From the NCBI RefSeq assembly GCF_037042905.1, contig NC_087245.1, positions 28,646,001 to 28,710,000 on the forward strand: a stretch of DNA of 64,000 nt, read 5' to 3'. The DNA comes from Lytechinus pictus. Its lineage: Eukaryota. Under the pieces are notes generated by a model. It saw only the letters and a list, made by a program, of their open reading frames with translations, had not been told where the DNA came from and searched no databases. Positions 61,001 to 64,000 of this stretch are shown here, piece after piece. Each line of letters starts with the position of its first letter. Within the stretch, counting starts at the first letter, position 1. The position numbers and the translations under genes are program-made.

Positions 61001-62000
61001 AATGTGGTCATAGTTAAAGATCAAGCTCACAGATCTTGTTGAATCCATGAAAGGTCTCTTATTTTCAATGAATAAGAATAACGTATATGGAATTATCAGA
61101 AATTATTTTCTTTAATGACTATGAGATTAACAATGTTAACAATGTCATATTAATTTGATGGTTTGTACAATAACAGATGGAATAAAGTAGGCAATATAGT
61201 TTAGATCTGGCAATGGCTGAGGGGTAAATTTTGATTTTTTTTTTCAGGTCAGAATCCATCTGTTATACAAGGGTACCAGCGCAAGACAGCTAGCATGCTT
61301 CCAATACTCCCTGCTCTGCTGCTCTGGCCATAGTCTTCAAGCACAGACTCAAGTTTAACACTAACTAATTATACCATGTCTAGAGTAAAGACTAGACTCC
61401 AGACTGTCTGTCTGTGTCCAAGATGAGCAGAGTCCGTAATGAATCTAGTCTCACTACTTCAGACTCTGCATTATGTATTTTGTGAATTGTGGGAGAAAGG
61501 GTCTGTGCCTGCAGACTACTCTGGCCACGGCTGCATGTGACAATCTCCACAACAGTCACATGATGTGATATAAATGACAAAATATCATATTCGCTGATCT
61601 GGGGTCCGTTGCAGAAAGAGTTGCGTTTAAGCGCAAGTAAAAAAATCGATTGCAAGTCCCAAATGCGCGCTGTTGATTGGTAGAAAATCAAGTTACGCAT
61701 GATTTTTAGAGTTGCGATTGATTGCAAAGTCTCTTTCTGCAACGGGCCCCATGACTTGCAATGACCCAGCAATGAAGGCACTGATATGGCCTATAGTTGA
61801 TTTGTATTAAGAAAATGTATTTTTATTTTGTTTTGTTCATGTTGTAGGAGTCAATGACGAAGCAAGGAATCTTCTGGTTTTATGGTGGAATCTGCTTCCT
61901 TGGAGCCGTTTTTGTCTTCTTCTTTGTTCCAGAAACCAAAGGGCGCTCGTTGGAAGAAATCGAAGTGAGCTTTGCAGGCAACGACCGTAGAAGGAGATAA
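47093..62000 (+). CDS. SLC2A8: MFS sugar porter, GLUT8 (SLC2A8)/Tret1-like, 9 coding exons, 488 aa
   Basis: join(47093-47199,51169-51319,52924-53136,54990-55089,57252-57466,59076-59334,60016-60075,60539-60747,61848-62000) = 1467 nt. Motifs [53 protein letters not shown] and [13 protein letters not shown], plus N-terminal ENVSLI. The symbol denotes the closest family; strict orthology is untested. Confidence 0.9.
47668..49508. mobile_element. hAT (Ac-like) non-autonomous element nested in 47349-50620
   Basis: Ends TAGTGCTG / CAGCACTA. TSD CTTCACAT at 47660-47667 and 49509-49516. (GGTTC)n subterminal repeats at both ends. Confidence 0.88.
49957..50563. mobile_element. TTAA MITE (Kolobok-like), copy 2, nested
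   Basis: TTAA|AGGACAAGTCCACCC ... GGGTGGACTTGTCCT|TTAA. Confidence 0.9.
51169..51319 (+). CDS. SLC2A8: Sugar transporter exon 2 (TM1)
   Basis: [37 protein letters not shown]...SWFG. Confidence 0.9.
51779..52175. mobile_element. TIR MITE with 5-bp TSD
   Basis: CAGGGGCGGATCCAG / CTAGATCCGCTTCTG. AACTG at 51774-51778 and 52176-52180. Confidence 0.7.
52275..52440. repeat. Short TAGTCT...AGACTA element; second copy ~55136-55303, partial at ~61498-61518
   Basis: Shared AGACCCTGATTG..GATCAACAAGT..AAGACTAGCAC..GTGAAAGGTTTACA sequence. Confidence 0.6.
52924..53136 (+). CDS. SLC2A8: Sugar transporter exon 3 (TM2-4)
   Basis: [11 protein letters not shown]...GGRK...[17 protein letters not shown]. Confidence 0.92.
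53194..53784. mobile_element. TTAA MITE (Kolobok-like), copy 3
   Basis: TTAA|AGGACAAGTCCACCCC ... GGGGTGGACTTGACCT|TTAA. Confidence 0.9.
54990..55089 (+). CDS. SLC2A8: Sugar transporter exon 4 (TM5)
   Basis: [33 protein letters not shown]. Confidence 0.92.
56423..56803 (-). mobile_element. tRNA-derived SINE (minus strand); partial inverted copy at 56128-56252
   Basis: Minus-strand head with an A-box-like TGCTCAGTCAGT and B-box GGTTCGAGTCC, plus an AAT-type tail. Body 56488-56622 is the reverse complement of 56128-56252. Confidence 0.7.
57032..57165 (+). mobile_element. Degenerate tRNA-derived SINE fragment
   Basis: TGTAGTCCAGTGG A-box, degenerate TTTGAACCCC B-box, and core CCTTCAGCAAG...TGCACTCAACCCAGGTGT. 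Confidence 0.5.
57252..57466 (+). CDS. SLC2A8: Sugar transporter exon 5 (TM6 and central loop)
   Basis: [13 protein letters not shown]...VPETARYLL...LRKLRGP...[10 protein letters not shown]. Confidence 0.92.
59076..59334 (+). CDS. SLC2A8: Sugar transporter exon 6 (TM7-8)
   Basis: [24 protein letters not shown]...[11 protein letters not shown]. Confidence 0.95.
60016..60075 (+). CDS. SLC2A8: Sugar transporter exon 7 (TM9)
   Basis: [20 protein letters not shown], phase 1-1. Confidence 0.85.
60539..60747 (+). CDS. SLC2A8: Sugar transporter exon 8 (TM10-11)
   Basis: [29 protein letters not shown]...[12 protein letters not shown]. Confidence 0.95.
61601..61750. mobile_element. ~150-bp Harbinger/PIF-like MITE, copy 2
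   Basis: GGGGTCCGTTGCAGAAAGAG / CTCTTTCTGCAACGGGCCCC. Homologous to 20855-21002. Confidence 0.75.
61848..62000 (+). CDS. SLC2A8: Sugar transporter exon 9 (TM12, stop)
   Basis: [50 protein letters not shown]. Confidence 0.93.
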   Translation, partial: ESMTKQGIFWFYGGICFLGAVFVFFFVPETKGRSLEEIEVSFAGNDRRRR

Positions 62001-62374
62001 ATTACTTAAGCGACACAACTCCAATATATTGCCATGAATGCATTTGCCTTTTGATATTTTACTAATTTCTTATTAAGTCATAGGGAATGAGTTAAATTAC
62101 CAGTCCCCTATTTGTGGTACTGAATGATTATCATTTATACCATGTATTTCCTAAGCACTTGTCCTTAAAGTGTATTATTACTCACCATGATTAGTAAGTG
62201 TACTTTTTTGAGGGTTGCTATTTGTAATAACAGAGCATTCCCTAATGTTCGCTGGTGGGTGTATGGTCCAATATATTACTGAAAAATTAGCAAAATAAGT
62301 TGGCATGATTTTTCAGCTTTTAACTTGAATCATCCATGTACAAAGCCTATATGGAAATCACATATCACTTTTCT

Positions 62375-62700
62375 TTGAGTGTTTCTAACTCCGGTAGCTT
62401 GCGCTACTTAGTTTATTTAAAGTAGTATTTCTGTAGAATAAGATCACATTGTATAAATGTGTGCTACATCATACAGTAAACTGGTCTCAGTTTGGTCCTT
62501 ATAGGTTTCAAAAGAGCCAATTCAAATTGATAGAGTTTGAAATAGCTCAAAATAGCCCAAAATAAAAACCATTCCTTTTCATTGAGTGTGTCTACCTCCC
62601 GTAGCTTGCACAACTTCATTTATTTCAAGTAGTATTTCTATACAATAAGATCACATTGTATAAATGCGTAATGCATCATCAGGTAAACTGGTCTCAGTTT
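62375..62700 (+). repeat. Diverged ~120-bp direct duplication downstream of the transporter stop
   Basis: ttgagtgt...gtagcttgc...aataagatcacattgtataaatg...gtaaactggtctcagttt at ~62375-62492 and ~62582-62700. Confidence 0.75.
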
Positions 62701-64000
62701 CATAAAGACTTGTTATAATAACAAATGCCTAATTACTATAACAAGTTTACTATCAGCCAATCATATTGATAGATTTCAGTAGATTTAAACTGTTGAAAAT
62801 TTCTTATTATAACAAGTTTTGTGGAACTAGCCACTTGTTTTATTTTTTTCCATGTGACCACAATTCAGAATCAAATAGAGTATTTTAGATCTGAATGATA
62901 ACCCATTGTTGTAACGAAATGTAGGTTTTTGTCCATTTGTATAATTTTATTTCGTACATGGCTGATTAGCAATTTGTAGGATGATATGATATATCATCTA
63001 CCAATTTTGAAGTGTTGATTTTTTTTTTTTACAAATGATGACTTTGGGGAAGTTCATAATAGTTCACAAGGTATAACCATAATATAAATTCAAGTATGTT
63101 ATAATGTACTTTGATAAGGTCCATATGTAACTTTGTATCCATTATTATCACAAGCCAGTCAAAGCTGATTCATATACAAAGTTTTTAAAGTGTACATTGT
63201 TGACTGTGTAGATTTACAAGTTAATTCGAGAGTAAGCTTCAATGTCTTGAATTGATTCTTCCTGCATATTAAAAAGTACCTAAAAGTCACAACATTTATT
63301 TGATTATTATATAATATATAAGTGATTGTGATGATAATTGATTGCTACATGTCCTGCTTGCAAGTGGCAGGACACGTGAGAAAACACTTGTTATATAGAG
63401 AAACTTGTATGTATTGTAAAGACCACCCAAATGAGACAAGAAAAGTGGTCTTCATGAGCAGGTGGTCTTCTTGGATAGACATGTTCCTTCAATGTATGTT
63501 TTAATCTGGAATTCCAATCAAAGGAAACTAAATTTGTAGTCTTTATAGACAGGTGACCCATCTATACCGGTGGATACTAAAGGTTTAACTGTAAATAGAA
63601 AGAAAGAAAAATAATTGTTTTTAAGATTGTTCAGGATATATTAATTTTATTTCAGAAAGACGTATTTCCAAGCTGTGCTTGCATAATATATATGTTATAT
63701 TTTTGATATTTGTACTTTTATATGATATATTGATGGCACTACATTGTCAAATGTCAAAATTAATCAGGTGTATTAATCTACTTACAACATTGAGACACAT
63801 TTCAGATCATATGAAAGTTTTTAACCTTGTTCAAAGTTACATTAGAAAGCACTACAAGCAGTGAGACTACCACAGGCATTTCACTTGTCAAATTGAAAAT
63901 AGTCAAATAGTCAAATTGACTGGTTGCCAAATAAAAAGAAGACCCCCCCCCTTGTTGATATTTATTTGGAAAATAGTGATTTAACATGATTATTTTCATT

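Overview
Eukaryotic, AT-rich, intron- and repeat-rich animal DNA. An echinoderm/sea-urchin origin is my inference from the HYR-domain gene and repeat types; it is not proven. Two spliced protein-coding genes can be reconstructed on the + strand with canonical GT-AG introns and consistent phases. (1) An 11-exon, 724-aa secreted protein (18079-35164): signal peptide, Arg8/Pro-rich N-terminus, HYR-Sushi-HYR-HYR-Sushi, a furin-site region, and two GCC2/GCC3 Cys-rich repeats (SVEP1/hyalin-like modules). (2) A 9-coding-exon, 488-aa GLUT8 (SLC2A8)/Tret1-like sugar porter (47093-62000) with an N-terminal ExxxLI sorting motif and two CLEAR-like E-boxes upstream. Much of the remainder is transposon-derived. 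It includes a 4.7-kb Academ-like fold-back element with mirror arrays of YY1-like motifs and a transposase-like remnant, a young 5'-truncated L2/CR1-group LINE, an older L2 remnant, and a 5.4-kb non-autonomous piggyBac-type element. There are also three TTAA (Kolobok-like) MITEs, hAT-like elements with 5-, 6-, 7- and 8-bp target duplications (one with two nested insertions), Harbinger-like MITEs and tRNA-SINEs. Most short ORFs in the track are spurious. I found no CRISPR, rRNA or intact tRNA, and no clear-cut novel multi-gene system. The best leads are ranked in findings.
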